Source: Eledone cirrhosa
Lineage: Eukaryota
Assembly: GCA_964016885.1 (NCBI GenBank)
Contig: OZ024740.1
Coordinates: forward strand, 185,008,001 to 185,072,000
Direction of reading: 5' to 3'
Length of the DNA stretch: 64,000 nt
Shown: positions 33,894-49,239 of the stretch, piece by piece
Layout: the number at the start of each line of letters is the position of its first letter
Position numbering within the stretch: position 1 is the first letter of the stretch
The notes under the pieces: model-generated
Databases searched by the model: none
Told to the model about the DNA's origin: nothing
Seen by the model: the letters and a program-made list of their open reading frames with translations, nothing else
Made by a program: the position numbers and the translations under genes

Positions 33894-34718
33894 TCGCGTA
33901 CGTACGCGTGATTAGATATACATGGGGCGATATGTATGTATGTATGTATATACGTGCATCCTGTGTATGTATGTACGCATGCATGCGCTTTTGTCTGTAC
34001 GTATTTGCGTGTATGAATATATTTTTTTATAGATATATGTTTTTTATAGATATATGTGTATGTACGCGTGTACCTATGTTTGTTTTGTTTTCTTTTCTTT
34101 TCTCTAGTGTTAATTGACTACTTTCCCTTTCATTTAAAACATTTTTTCTTTCTCATATATTGTTTCATTTTTATACATATATCGAGAATGACACTTTCTT
34201 TTAACTATTATACTCCCTTCCCTCTTTATCTTCCGCATATAAGTGATCGTGCGTGTGTGTGTGTTTATACGCGTGCTTTCATACTTGTATGTGTATCTAA
34301 TACCTGTTTCTGGATACGTGTCAAATATATTATCATTTTCTTTTTCAACTCATATTATATCCGTATTTGTGGTTACATATACACAAATATACTTGCCCTC
34401 ATATATGTACTTACACACACATTTTCACCATACACACGCATTTGTACATACATACATATGTACATTTGTGAGTGTATATACATACATATACACACACCTA
34501 ACTATATTTCCTTATATTTTTTTATATATTTTATATATCTCTTGCATTACTTTTATTTATATATATATTTTTTTTTTGCATTTCTTGAGGAGACTTTCCA
34601 AATATTTCACTATGTTTTATATTGCCTTGTCCGACGAACGAATGAGGACGTTTTTTTCGTATTGGTCTTATTCGGGAAACCTCTGGTAATGAGGTAATTA
34701 TATTGTTTATTATACATT
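32245..34718 (+). mobile_element. 5'-truncated PLE (probably Hydra-type) with an inverted copy of its 3' end
   Basis: Broken GIY-YIG ORF at about 32740-33247 (CSC..CPLQGKC..IVY..YVGMT..CTLCINEK..LNTKTEIFTSCPH). 32245-32700 is an inverted copy of 34265-34718. Confidence 0.8.
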
Positions 34719-34959
34719 AAATTTTGCTCTGCTACTTACATAGAGCACTCTTCACTCCTATGACTTTTTCAATTTTCAACGGAAACTTCAATACCTATAT
34801 ATATATATATATATATACATACACATACATACACATGTACAAACATTGTAATGGGCAAGCACATAAACATATGTATATATTGTCTATATCGTTTAAAACT
34901 TTAATTATTCCATTTCTATTTATCTTCAAAGAATTTTGAAAATGATAAAGAATTAGTGT

Positions 34960-35130
34960 TTAGCAGTCCTTGGGACATCAGATAGAATGCTTTGTGATAT
35001 TCATTGGAGCTCTCTGCTCTCTGAGTTCAAATCTTGCCAATGTCAACTTTTCCTTTCATCCTTTCAAGGTCGGTACAAAAAGTACCAATCTTGTACTGGA
35101 GTCGATTATTCCTCTATATCTCTTGCCCAA
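34960..35130 (+). mobile_element. Degenerate octopus-type SINE
   Basis: ctgagttcaaatcttgccaatgtcaacttttcctttcatcctttcaaggtcggtacaaaaagtacca. Confidence 0.6.
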
Positions 35131-35960
35131 CCTCTTCTCACTTTCTGTCCTTCTTTTGGAAAAGGATGGGCTCTGCATGGCATAAAATCCCAAGAAATGC
35201 CATAGCCTACTACGACGCCCTACAACTTCAGGTATTTTGGCCCCATACCATACCATAAACACTTTAAATAAACAGTTTTGCATTTTAGAGCCAGGATCAC
35301 TTTCTGGCAGTTTAGTATTAAAAGGGTTAACTGAATTAATATAAAATTATTCTTCCAATTTTATCTAAAACAATTATGAAAAATATTGTGCATCTTCTCA
35401 TCTGAATTTATAATGTTGAATCTTAGATTGTACTTCATCACCAATTTAAAATTAAATGCCTCTTCAGAATTGGAATGTTTGAAGCAATCATATAATATCA
35501 TATATATAAATATCTGCATTTCTATTGAAAATAAATTTTTCAAAAATGTCTTTTTAGTAAAGTGTATACAAATATTTCTTTCCATTTGAAGCAGGGTTCA
35601 ATGTGTTACTTTCAAAACATTTCATTGTATGACATTATTATATGAACTTACTATAGAATAAGAATGTTTACATTATCATCTTTCAATAAGATGATGTAGA
35701 ATTAGATTTGGTAAACTAGAACTATAATCTTAGAATATTTTTCAAGAAGTTCTTTGAAATAACAATACCAAAAGAACTAAATATTACACTTAATTAATAT
35801 ATTGTTATCTTAATATTTACTATAACAATCATTATACCATATCATCTATTGATTTATTGAGTAAAATATACTGCAGCTATTTTTGTGCCTTACATAGAAT
35901 GGAATATTTCATGCTGTTAAAACTATGCAATTGGTCTGGTGCTAGAATCTTTGGACTCCA

Positions 35961-36015
<55 letters not shown>

Positions 36016-36149
36016 ATAGACAATAAATGACTATTAATTTCCAACAGTACAATATAACTGTTGATATTCCTCTGTTGATATTCCAAATTAGTGGAGAATA
36101 AATTTTAACCATTTGTCCTTTTTTGTATCCATTTCAAAACAAATAAATA

Positions 36150-36420
36150 CAAGGAAATGCCACCAGCTGCAATCCATTTCGCTTCTTCTTGTAATAAAGC
36201 TTTGGTGATTCAATGCCAATCAAACTGACCTTTATCAATTCTCTGTTCCTTGACTTATTCAGTGTTTCTCTCATCTCCCCTTCAACTGTTTTACATTAGA
36301 TGTTCCATGATTGTTCAGATTTTCATGTTTCAATTGTTGACCATTTTAATATTCTCTGTCTTCGTCCATTCTGGATGCATGGCCTAGTCATCTCTACTGC
36401 CAGCATATTATTACAAGGAC
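36150..36420 (-). mobile_element. Old degraded RTE-like fragment
   Basis: Minus strand reads R*LGHASRMDEDR, resembling the RWLGHVxRM thumb motif. Confidence 0.35.
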
Positions 36421-37360
36421 AAAAATATTACAACTAGTTTTGCAGTATAGATCCTCATTCAACTCCATTTTGTGGCAGATTTTCCTGAGGTCCTCATTGA
36501 TTTTATTAAGTTTCATTTCACTACCTGCTAGCATTCATATCACATTTTAACAACTACTTCATCAATAATATCCTTGGACATCATCATCCTCATCATTATG
36601 ACCAGAGTTGAACATACCTGACAAAGTCTCTCCACAATTCACAATTTTCCATTGTACCTGGCAAATACTCCCTACTGAGGTTTGTTTTGTCTGGGAGCTG
36701 ATTAATGAAGGTTTGAGTAGGTCTTCCTCTACTGCCTCTCCCATGAATAGTAGCTTGTGTATAACTTCCTGCTTACTTCTCCAACAATTGTAGTTGTTAT
36801 CTTGGGCAAGTTTCTGTCTAAACACTCATTTGAAAAACAAACCATGATGGAACAACCAACCACATTTGAAGCAAGTCAGGTCAGGTGACCGTGTCTTGGT
36901 TATATATAACTGTTTCTGTCTGGTTTATACAGCTGGATGCCTTTCCTAATGCCAACCACATTTATAGTCTGTGCTGGATGCTTTTTGTCTTGATATCAAT
37001 ATGACCAATTTACAGTGTGGGCTGGGTCCTTTTTGTCAAGACACCAAAACGACCACTATACAGTGTGGACTGAGGACTGGGGTGAGGATATGTGTGAGTG
37101 TAAAAGCATGGGAGAAGGATATGGGTGGAGTGTTAGCACATGTGTTTGTGTGTGTGTATGTATAATATATACACACACACACATTTATAAATATATATAT
37201 ATATATATATATGTATACCTATTGAAAAATAATTTCATTTCTCTTAAATATATTATATGATAACACAAGATGAATGGAATGAAGGTTTGTACATAAATAT
37301 TTATATATATATATATATATAATCATCATCATCGTTGATTAACATCAATCTTCCATGCTA

Positions 37361-37397
<37 letters not shown>

Positions 37398-37596
37398 GAA
37401 TAACAAGTTATCGTTTTAGGCAATCCAGTTAGAGGTTGTGAGTACTCTGTACTATGGACAGTTTTCACGTACTAAACAAGAGGTTTCCTTAGTTAGGTAG
37501 CGAGTTTGCGAGAATTCTCATGCAAGTTATTCTTGGAGTAATAGTTGTGAAAGAGTGAAGAATAACATGGTCGGCTGCACAAAAAGGGTTTTATTA

Positions 37597-37710
37597 CAGT
37601 ATTAACAATTGTTTCATTGATCAGGTGAGTCTAAAGGCCCCTGATCACTTGAAGTTGATCACTCGACCTCAAATACAGTGTGTGTCTCTGATCAAATCAT
37701 CAGAATACTG
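37597..37710 (-). ncRNA. Type I hammerhead ribozyme with a large loop II
   Basis: cagtatt CTGATGA t ttgatcag ...ctgatcaa t GAAA caattg TT aatactg. 7-bp stem I, 8-bp stem II, palindromic stem III. Confidence 0.75.
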
Positions 37711-38761
37711 AATGAAAACAATAATACCAACAATAAAAGATAATAAACAGTAATAAAAGTATAAAGAAGTAAAAAATGAAAATGATAAAGATGTAAAAAA
37801 TAAGTAAAGAATACGGTTACCGATAATAGAAGTAGTGGTGGTGGAAGTTGAAGTTATAATGGTGAGTAAGTGGATGTGTAAAATAGTGATGACAGTAATG
37901 ATAACAATAACATGAAAAGAAATACGATATATGATAGGTGATATGTAGTGTATTAAGTTCATTAAATTGGTGAAATAAAAATGCAAGGGGTACAACAAAA
38001 TATGAGAGGATTACATAAAAGATAAAATGTAAGAGAGAAAGAGATAAGGAACAGGGGAAGACAATATAGAATAAGGATTTGACGATGAGACATAAAGGGT
38101 AGGACTAAGGACTGGGAAGCAGTAGATAGACAGATAGAGAATAAAAAGTGAAAGGGACAGTGATGATATAGGGGTGATTAGGGTCTGGTAGACTGTTTTA
38201 TCTTAATGGAGGTGATGCAGCTATAGAGAGAGATAGTGAAAGAAAGGTTGGGAGATTCATGATGTAGATTTAATGACCAGTTGATCAGTTGAGAGCTAAT
38301 AAAAGTGTGAAGCTAGTACATTTAAATCCAGGTGGTTTTAACTGAATTCCGAGATTGCTGGATCGAATTATGCCGGTTTGAAGTTATATACATATATATG
38401 TAAATACATTTTATTGAGCCTAAATAATGAGTCTTGTTACAATGGCATTGCACCTTTTTATCACATGCTTATCAGGCAAGAACTTGTCTGCTGACCCTGT
38501 GATAAACAGGTGAAACTCCAAAGTAATTAGACTCTCTATTTAACCTTAGTAAAATGAACATTGAAATTCTACTTCAGTATTAAGTCCTCTTTTCTCTCAC
38601 CCATCAGCCTCATACAGATATATATATATGAATGCATACATACACATATGTAGTTCCTTGATGCTACTATTGAACAAACTGATGACAATTGGTCATCAAG
38701 GCACAGCATAGCTTAGTCGGGCCGTTTGCTTGCAAATGAATTGAATATTATTATTATTAGA

Positions 38762-38935
38762 TCGGTAGAGGGTCGGACACCATGCTTTGCAGCATAGAGT
38801 TACGGCCCTTGCCATTCTGAGTTCAAATCCCGCCAAGGTTAACTTTGCCTTTCATCCTTACGGGGTCGATAAAATAAAGTACCAGTAATGTACTGGTTAA
38901 TTGCTGGCCTTGTGCCAAAAGTAGAAACAATTATT
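38762..38935 (+). mobile_element. Octopus-type SINE
   Basis: ttctgagttcaaatcccgccaaggttaactttgcctttcatccttacggggtcgataaaataaagtaccag, with an att tail. Confidence 0.75.
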
Positions 38936-39054
38936 ATTAGATATAACCAATACGTACATATGTGTGTGTGTCTGTATATGTGTACAAATGCATACTTACA
39001 TTTATGTATCTGCTATGCTAGAGCGAGAAATAATATATAATATATACATATATA

Positions 39055-39270
39055 TCATCATCATTGTTTTGCATCCATTTTTCCATGTTACCATGGATTA
39101 GATGAGTTGTCCAGTTGTCGGCAATGCTAGGTCAGGTCATCATGTCTTGTTCATACAGAACTGATTTGGGATTGGTTTTTACAGCTGGATGCTCTTCTTA
39201 ACGCCAACCTGATTTACAGTGAGTTCTGAGTGCTTTTGGCATGACACCTACACAACCACTTTACAGTATG
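39055..39270 (-). mobile_element. Degenerate RTE 3' tail
   Basis: catcatcattgttttgcatccatttttccatg...acagctggatgctcttcttaacgccaacc. Confidence 0.6.
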
Positions 39271-40756
39271 GCTGTTATACATATATATATATATATATAC
39301 ATAACCGTAAATTTATATTTTTTGGTAATAACACAACAAACTACTCTAGATTGTTATCACTGCTACCATGATAGCTTCCACTGCCACCTTTGCCATGTGA
39401 GTATATTTTGGAGTACTTTGTGTTTCTGGTTATTTGCTTCTGTCTCTTATAAACTGACACCTCAAAGGCTTTTATAGAATTCTACTTATTTTGGAGAAGC
39501 CAATATAATCATCAAGATAAGCTTCAAGAAATAATATTTTGGATTTAAATCCTCTCTACTTTGATAGGATATTTCTACTACCTATTCAATTAGTTCTATA
39601 CAGTTTAATCTTTCTTCTCCTAACTAAAATACAAACACACACATATTCTGCAGTCTCTTCTCTTTCCTCTTCGTCTCTCTCTCTCTCTTTTCCCCTTCTC
39701 CTTCTCTTAATAACGTTTCGGTGATATTTTTTCTCTTAATCTCTCCAGCTTATGCTTGTCTATATTTGGTCAAGCTATCATTAAACTGTCTCTCTCTTTC
39801 TCCCTCTCTTTTAATTCCACTTTTTCTTACTACTACCTTTACACATTTTTACATTTTTCTTTTCTTTTCTCTTCTATCATTAAACTCTTTTTCAATTATT
39901 ATTTTTTAAATTATTATCATTATCATTGTTACTACTACTATTATTATTAACATCGTCGTCATCACACAAACACACACATACATACACACATGCACTCATA
40001 TGCCCCACACACACACACATATGCCCCACATACACACACATACATATATTATCGTTTTCTTATTGTAATTTATCTCATAGGCCTCCTCAGTTGTTTCCTT
40101 ATTCTTCTAGATCTCTTCACATTTCAATATTATCTGTCATCATAACTTTTGGATTTGTAATTTAATTACCTCCTTTGACTTTTTGTTTATTCTTATAACT
40201 TTGTTTTCCTACCAAAATCATTCACCTGCTCTTCAGTATCTCTAACACTTATCTCTAACACATACTGTTAGTTTCTGTTTGTCTCTGTTAGCATAGATGT
40301 ACACCTCTCTCTCTTTTTCTCTCTCTTTCTTTCTCTCTCTCTCTCTCTCCATTCATTAATCCTTCTATCTGTATCTTTCTGTTATATGTTTGTATCAACT
40401 CCAATATTTTTCACTTTCCTCTATGAGATTTTCTGTTGCTTATTTTGTAGCTTCTATTAATGTTCCTCCAAACTATCTTGCTATTACTACTCTACTTGAA
40501 CATTTATATGAAGTTTTTCATTGAAAATTCTGCAATGTTTAGCTAATATCTATGATGTATTTCAAAGTCATGACAAAGATATGTGTCAGTGTAAGCTGTC
40601 AACAGGAAGGAGGAAGGTAAATTGCTTGGAATTCAAGTAGTTAAACTATTTTTTTCAATTAATCTTATTTTTAATACACATACATATATTGTGGGTGTTA
40701 TCGTGTAATAGCAATATATGCGAACGGCAAAGCATAAACAAATTGAGAGAGAGACT

Positions 40757-41302
40757 AAGCATAAGAGGAGATTGTATTGGTATGGACATGTTATGTGTAT
40801 CAAGGATGACAGCTGCATAAAAAGGTACAGCGCACTAAAAGTTGCTGGAATCCTTGGAGTGGGGAGACCTAAGAAAACCTGGGATGAGGTGATAAAAGCT
40901 GACTTTGCCCAACTGCACCTCTCAAAAGCGATGACACACGATCGAGACCTCTGGCATTATGCAGTAATACAAAAGACCTGACTTTCCACAGGTACAAGCT
41001 GAAGCTTATATACAGTATGCCCCGACCTCCTCCCACTGTAAATTGGTCATGTAGGTGTCACAACAAAAAAACACCCAGTCCACACTGTAAAGTGGTTGTG
41101 TAGGCACCACGGTAGAAAAAGCACTCTGTACTCACTGTAAATGAGGTTGGTGTTAGGAAGGGCTTCCTTCTGTAGAAATCAAGCCCAAATCAGTTCTGTA
41201 TGAGCAAAACAATGTCACCAGAACTGGCATTGTCCACAACAGGACAACCCTTCTAACCCATGCTAGAGTGGGAGAATGGATGTAAAACAGTGATGATGAT
41301 GA
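40757..41302 (+). mobile_element. RTE 3' fragment
   Basis: Encodes RRLYWYGHVMCIKDDSCIK...GRPKKTWDE...DRDLWHY, then the 3' UTR and a gatgatg tail. Confidence 0.85.
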
Positions 41303-42138
41303 TATATCATTATAATAAAACACAAGATCTCATGGAAACCACTTTGTGTGTCTCAGAAGAGATAAGAAGACAACTACTACTAGTAATACCTCTACTACTA
41401 CCACCACCTCTACTATTAATATTACTATCACCACCACCACGACTACTATTATTACAACTATCTCTACTACTACTAACAACAAATACCTAAAGCTATCTAC
41501 CTATACATCTACTTACCTACATACCTGTCTATTTTCCTCTCTGACTCCCTATCTATAACTATATATTTATATATATTTACCAATGTATCTATCCTTGGAT
41601 AAAGAAAACAACAACAAAATATGAATCCTATAGCAGTACAAAAATAGATAGATAGATGCATAGGCAGAACAAAATCATCATAATTCAGTGAATATATGTT
41701 TGATAATGATTAATGAGAATAAGGAAGAACATTATTGTAATTGATTTAAATGAATTTAAAATGAAATATGGTGATGGCCTGAGTGACAAGAGGGAGGAGG
41801 TCAAAGAAAGCATCTTTACCTAACATATTGCAATTTATTATAAACCCTGTCATTTTTTGTGGAGGCCATGCTAGTACATATATGCTTTGTTAGGTAATTG
41901 ACTGACACTAGTACCCTTAGGATAGAGAATTGGTTGAAGTATAGATGTCTGAATTCTGCAGAGTATTAATATAACAAAGAAGTAGAAGTCAGTAGGTTAG
42001 AATTTCCTTATTTATCTGTTATACAATCGCAGTTAAAAATATTTTGATGGTAACTATTACATAAGTTACCATCAAAATACAAATAATAAATAAATGACGT
42101 AAATGTTAGCCTATTCGCTTCAACTGCATTGTTATATA

Positions 42139-43415
<1,277 letters not shown>

Positions 43416-43680
43416 CATCATCATTGTCAACATCACCGTTTAACGTCAATTTTTCCACACCGGCATGATTTAGAGAGGTTATTTCATTTGGGGCAAGTTG
43501 GGTCAGGTGACTGTGTCTTGCACACACAAAACTGTTTCTGTCTTGGTTTGTATGGCTGGATGTCCTTGCTAATGCTAACCACATTCACAATGTGGACCGG
43601 GTGATTTTTGTCATGTCAGCATCATGACCACTTTACAGTCTGGGCTATGTGCTTTTTGTGGGCTGGAGGCATCACTCGAT
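43416..43680 (-). mobile_element. RTE 3' tail fragment
   Basis: catcatc...ccgtttaacgtc...ggctggatgtccttgctaatgctaaccac. Confidence 0.7.
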
Positions 43681-43821
43681 GTATGCTACAGCCTGTTCTC
43701 ATGGGAGAAGTATGGAAAGGTGTGCATACTATATATACTTGAGCACACACGCACACACACAGATACGCAAACACGCACACACACACACACACACACACAG
43801 GCAGACACGCACACACACACA

Positions 43822-44346
43822 CAAGAATGAAACGAAATTTCATTTCTCACTCTTAGTATGGCTGATACGTAAATGTAAGTATGTATATTTACATACATGC
43901 ACACATATATATATATATATATGTACGTATGTGTTTACCGAACATTTATTATAATGTTCGGTTTGTTTGTAAACAAACAGCCCGAATTACGCAGTACAGT
44001 ATTCGGCAACCAACGCCACCTTTTGTTCAACAGACACAGGAACGATGTACAAGTTTCAAGCTTATTAGCTATCGTCAGCATCGTATATCTTCCTGTCAGA
44101 TGATTGAATGTTTGAAAGTATATACTTTCCTTATGCATAAAAAACGGCTGAGGAGCCTAATTTGCATATCGAGTGAGTTAGTCGGCCGGGCGTACCGAAA
44201 ACGGTAAATGGAAAAGAATGAAACGAAATTTCATTTCTCACTCTTAGTACGGCTGATACTTAAATGTAAGTATCTATACGTACATATATGTATACAGATG
44301 TACAGTAGTATGCATATATACACATACATGCATGCACGCACGCACG

Positions 44347-44403
<57 letters not shown>

Positions 44404-44446
44404 GTATGTGTTTACCGAACATTTATTATAATGTTCGGTTTGTTTG
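43822..44446 (+). repeat. Direct duplication of two short unique blocks; unclassified element
   Basis: aagaatgaaacgaaatttcatttctcactcttagta.. occurs at 43822 and 44214. tatgtgtttaccgaacatttattataatgttcggtttgtttg occurs at about 43928 and 44405. Confidence 0.75.
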
Positions 44447-45944
44447 GTATATATACGTACATATATATGTGTGCATGTATGTATATATATACATACTACT
44501 GTACGTCTGTATACATATATGTATGTACGTATACATACTTACATTTATATATATATAAATATATACCTGTATATTTTCTGTGTGTATACAGAAGTTCAAG
44601 CTGGCAGACAATGATGACAGACTGTTGTATTACAGTCCTTGCCTTTACTTCTTTCAGGGTCATTAAATTAAAGTAGCAGTCAAGTACTTGGGTTGGTATT
44701 ATCAACTTCAGCTCTCACCTCAAGCTTTCAGATGTACCTAATCATGAATATCTATCTACATTGTTTATAATCTTGTTATTATTTAGCCTTAGGTCAGATT
44801 TGACCAAGCAGGCCTATGATCAAAGTGATCAAAGCCATGATCACTGCATGATTTTTTTAAAGAAATAATTTAATTATTATTACATTAAATTAGCCAGGGA
44901 AGAATACATCGATCGTTTTTATTTTGTTTTGTTTTTTTTTGCTTTGAACGTTTTTTTTTTATATTTAGAAAGAAAGTAATATCATTTTGAAATATACTGG
45001 GTAAAACATTACTTTGTTTTATTGTCATCCTTTGCGCCTTATATATGTCTACTACATTGTACCAGCTTTCTGAAACTTATCAGTCATTTATTATATATCA
45101 CACAATGCTTTTTATTAACTATATTACTTTATTATGTAATGTGTTCTTCTTCTACGATTGTAGGGTGTTGTTTTATGGAAGATGTGACTGCTATTTTTAG
45201 AAGTTTAAATGACCATGTAGATGTTTCTATATTGTCATATTCTGTTTTGTTTTATGGTTAGATGCAGGGCCTTAATTCTAGATTTAAACTAGCCTTTGTG
45301 ATACACAAGTGCTATTTTCATGGGTTAATCTTAAATCAATCATTTCATTGACAAGGGCTGTTATGTATAAGTCATGTAATTATTAGGGTTAGTGACACCA
45401 TATTTATAAATGAACTTCATAATAATGATTTTTATTTACCTTTATTTTGCAATTAGGATAGTTTCCATAGCAACGTTATTCATAAGTACTCTATAAAATC
45501 TCGTTAATGGTAGCAATAGTTACAGCAGTGATAGATTTAAATGAACAAAAAATGACAATATATGATGATAATGAAAAAAAAATCAATTTTTTTTATAGCA
45601 TATCAATAATGTACAGACTTTGCTTTCACATTGAATAAGAAATAACTGCATACAAAAGCTTTCTATCTTTTATACTGGTAAAATATTGTTGCCTATACAA
45701 GAAGAAAACTTTCTTAAACTCTCATGAAATAAACATAACCCATATTAGATTACAATCGGCCATTTCAACACAAAACTTCCACCTAAATATAAAATACTAC
45801 CAAGAGGAAGGAAACTTGGACTAAAATTACTTCATCAGATGCTCAAGGATAAAAGCTTTGCAATTATTCAGGTATGAAGACAATAATGAGAGGTACAAAC
45901 AAAAGAGCAACAAAATTACCCAACTTAACATGAATCAGAAATGG

Positions 45945-46075
45945 CCTTTTATGATCTGAGTTCAAATCCCACCAAGATTAACTTTGCTTTTCATCCTTAT
46001 GGGGTCGATATGATAAAGTACCAGTAATGCACTGGGATAATTGCTGGCCTTGTGCCGAAAGTAGAATCAATTATA
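45945..46075 (+). mobile_element. Octopus-type SINE, 3' part
   Basis: Homologous to 38762-38935. Confidence 0.7.
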
Positions 46076-48689
46076 GGTCTGCTTAATCAGAACTAGCATG
46101 AGCTAAGCAATAATATTAAGTATGGTCCATGGAGCCAATGTGGAAACTTCTATGCAAATGCTACGTCTGTTAGAAATAGCAACTAAATCTTCCATAAATT
46201 ATTGCTGGCAATCTTAAAAATGTAGGATACATTTGGTGAAATAGTTTTGGACATAGAAAAAGACATGGTTTGTGTCACAATTCTGGAGAATCAGAAATAA
46301 CTTTGTGCTAAACAACAACACTAACAACTAATATACATACATTGATCATCAATTAGTCTGAGTATTTATCGCTATATCCTCTATTTCTTTGTTCTTATTT
46401 GATGATCCCTAATATAACCAAAAGCAGAGATTTTAAGTGCTTTGTTCACAGTTAATTATTGAGTTACTAGTAGTGAAATAACAATTAACTGCCACATCAG
46501 TTTAGAGACAAACATTGTATTCATTCCATTATTGGATGAAGATATACATCATCATTAGCATCATTGTCCTCATATGATCATTTGGTATGGATTAGATGGG
46601 TTGTTACTGTGTAAGTCAGTTTTTGTTCAGAGTTACTGCCCTCCTAAATGGATTGAAAAACATACATCTCATTCTTGCAATGCTTTTTTTTATCATAATT
46701 TGTATGTTAGGATGCCTTTCTTAATACCAACATCTGTATAAAGTGCACCAGATGTATTTTATTATATCACCATCCCAAGAATGATATGACTACAGAGTTC
46801 TCTTTGACCTCCTTCATTACAGTTCCATCACCAACCACTTTACAGTGTGTTGAGTGTATTTTATCAGAGCATCAATATTTCTTAGGTTGCCTTGTGACAT
46901 GAAAGACTAGAGTTCTCTACTTTACATACTTCTGTTCTTACTCTCATTCACAGTTAAATATGAATGAGAGCAAGAATAGAAGAGTGGTGTCTGACAAGGA
47001 GAAAGTGAAGCTGTATGAATGTGAGGTGAGTGTACAGAGAGAAACTGTATGATGAGATTTTAAAGGAAGAAGTAAAGGAGAAAACAGTGACTGACAGTTA
47101 CATGCTGGTTGTTGTTAAGAGGTTGTATAGATAACAGAATGAGAAGCAAGACGAGATAGCAATACGATGCAGTATTAGTTATTTACTTAAGTTTCTCTAA
47201 GTTTTTCAACAAACCTAATCAAATAACCATTAATTTCAGTTTAGATAAGTCAAACTGAATATATTCTGTCTATTTTCTTAACCTATCCATTCAATAAGAC
47301 TGATATAAGTTCTAGAAAAGAGTTACCATTTATATTGATATTTGAAGCTTATTTTGGAGTTGAAGTTTATAAACATATTAACAAATTTAAAAACCTATCA
47401 CAATTTACCAATTTTGTTCACACACTGGTATACACTACTATAATTTTCTAATAGATATTACCTTTCACATGAGAGGTTTATATAATATTCTCTCTTTATT
47501 CCACATGTCTTTACAGAGACTGTCAGTTCCACTTCCCTGAAACCAGTACCAATAATGTCTTTACAGCCTATACTAATAATTGAATGATGAATCAGAGTTA
47601 GCTTGAAAATAGATTAAAATTCTTTTTCTGGAAGCTTCCGTTTTTAACTTTGTCTGTATTCTAACTATTTTAAAATAAAATAAAAATATTTAACGAAATC
47701 AAAACTTTTGAGAATTTATTTTAACATTTTTTTATTTCTTTTCCTATGCGGATAAAATTATAAACATTGCAGCTGCAAATGTACCAGAATCAAGTTCCAG
47801 CAGAAAATGTGGGAGGAAATGTTGAGGTTAGATCATATAATGATTTATCTCCTAGATGGTGAAAGACCAACTGGTGATATGTTCAGAACTTTCCAAATAA
47901 TGTTAATATGATGAAATGAACTCCAAAACAACAACAAGGATAATTAAGATTTCTTAGATATTTCTTCTTTACCATTTATTATCTTTCTATGTTAACATAC
48001 ATAAAATAGATTGTAAGAACTGATATATTTGCACATTTTGAAAGACGTTTTAGAGGTTTTCAAGCCAAGGGTGATTGTTGCAGTTGATTATGTTTTATTA
48101 GGTCACCTTGTGCCATATGGGAGTTGTATTTACAGTGTGTGTTACAATGTTTGACTGACTATAATGGTATAAGTATTAGTCAAAGTTAAACATACAAACA
48201 TGAGGCTATTTCTATATGTATAAGATTTTATCCTCTGGGTAATCTTTATTTTTCAATGTGTATTATTAGATTTGAAAACAATTTATGACCAAATTATTCA
48301 TAATATTACAGGACTAGAATTTTTATTATGAAAATTTATCATATTTGGTGGATGTGCTGCAATCAGCATATTAGAAAAAATGACTTCTATATTTTCTCAT
48401 GAAAATTCCTTGACATTCACATGAAAACTGTGTTTTTATACTTATTTGAACACAACCATTTTTTCGACAAACCTGGAATGCATATTTGTCTGTTAATATT
48501 GGAGAGAATATTTCAATGTTTGTGGAAGTCAGGCTAGGAAATATATGTAAATATAATGCTGAAATGTTTATACATTGTTTATAAGACATGGCTGGTTCGC
48601 CCAGTGAACCTGAGCAATTAGATTGTCCTTTTTGGAATATGTCATGTTTGAGCAGATATTAGTTTCCTGAGTAGATAGTATATTATGGT

Positions 48690-48724
<35 letters not shown>

Positions 48725-49239
48725 TTTTTAGCCTGGTAAATAAATAGCCGAACTTCTCAGGGGGTAATTCCTTATATGGGAAGATAGTAATTGTCAAAAG
48801 GATTGGTCAGAAATTTGTTGTAAAGACATGGCATTTGGTGGGAGGTAGGGGTAGCTGAACTTGCCGGTAGAGCAGAGAGGGAGTGAGGGAAACACAGTCA
48901 AGCGCTGAAAGTGAAATCTATACAGCAGATTCTAAGGATAGTGTATTGAAGGTCGAAAAAGGTGTACTGGAGAAGGGGAGAGGGGATTGAAAGAATAGGT
49001 AAATCGAAAGGGAGTAAACAAAAAAAACATTATAAAAATAAGGAAATAAATATATAAAAAAAAATTTCTGGTTACTACTCCATTTCCACAATCACCAAAT
49101 CTCTCATTGGTATTGCTATAGAAAAGTTTAATAGGTGGAGAAAAATACGAAATACGAGATTGTAGTGAAAGAATTTTATAAAGCCAGCTTTACAGGGGGT
49201 CTAACACCACTGCGATAGTTAGTTAGTAATCAGCCAACG

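Noticed and set aside
35155-35330. piggyBac-like end (aaagggTTAA)
   Set aside because: No matching left TTAA-CCCT terminus was found.
39700-39755. Hammerhead-like motif on the minus strand (CTGGAGA...GAAAcgTT)
   Set aside because: Core mismatch and poor stems.
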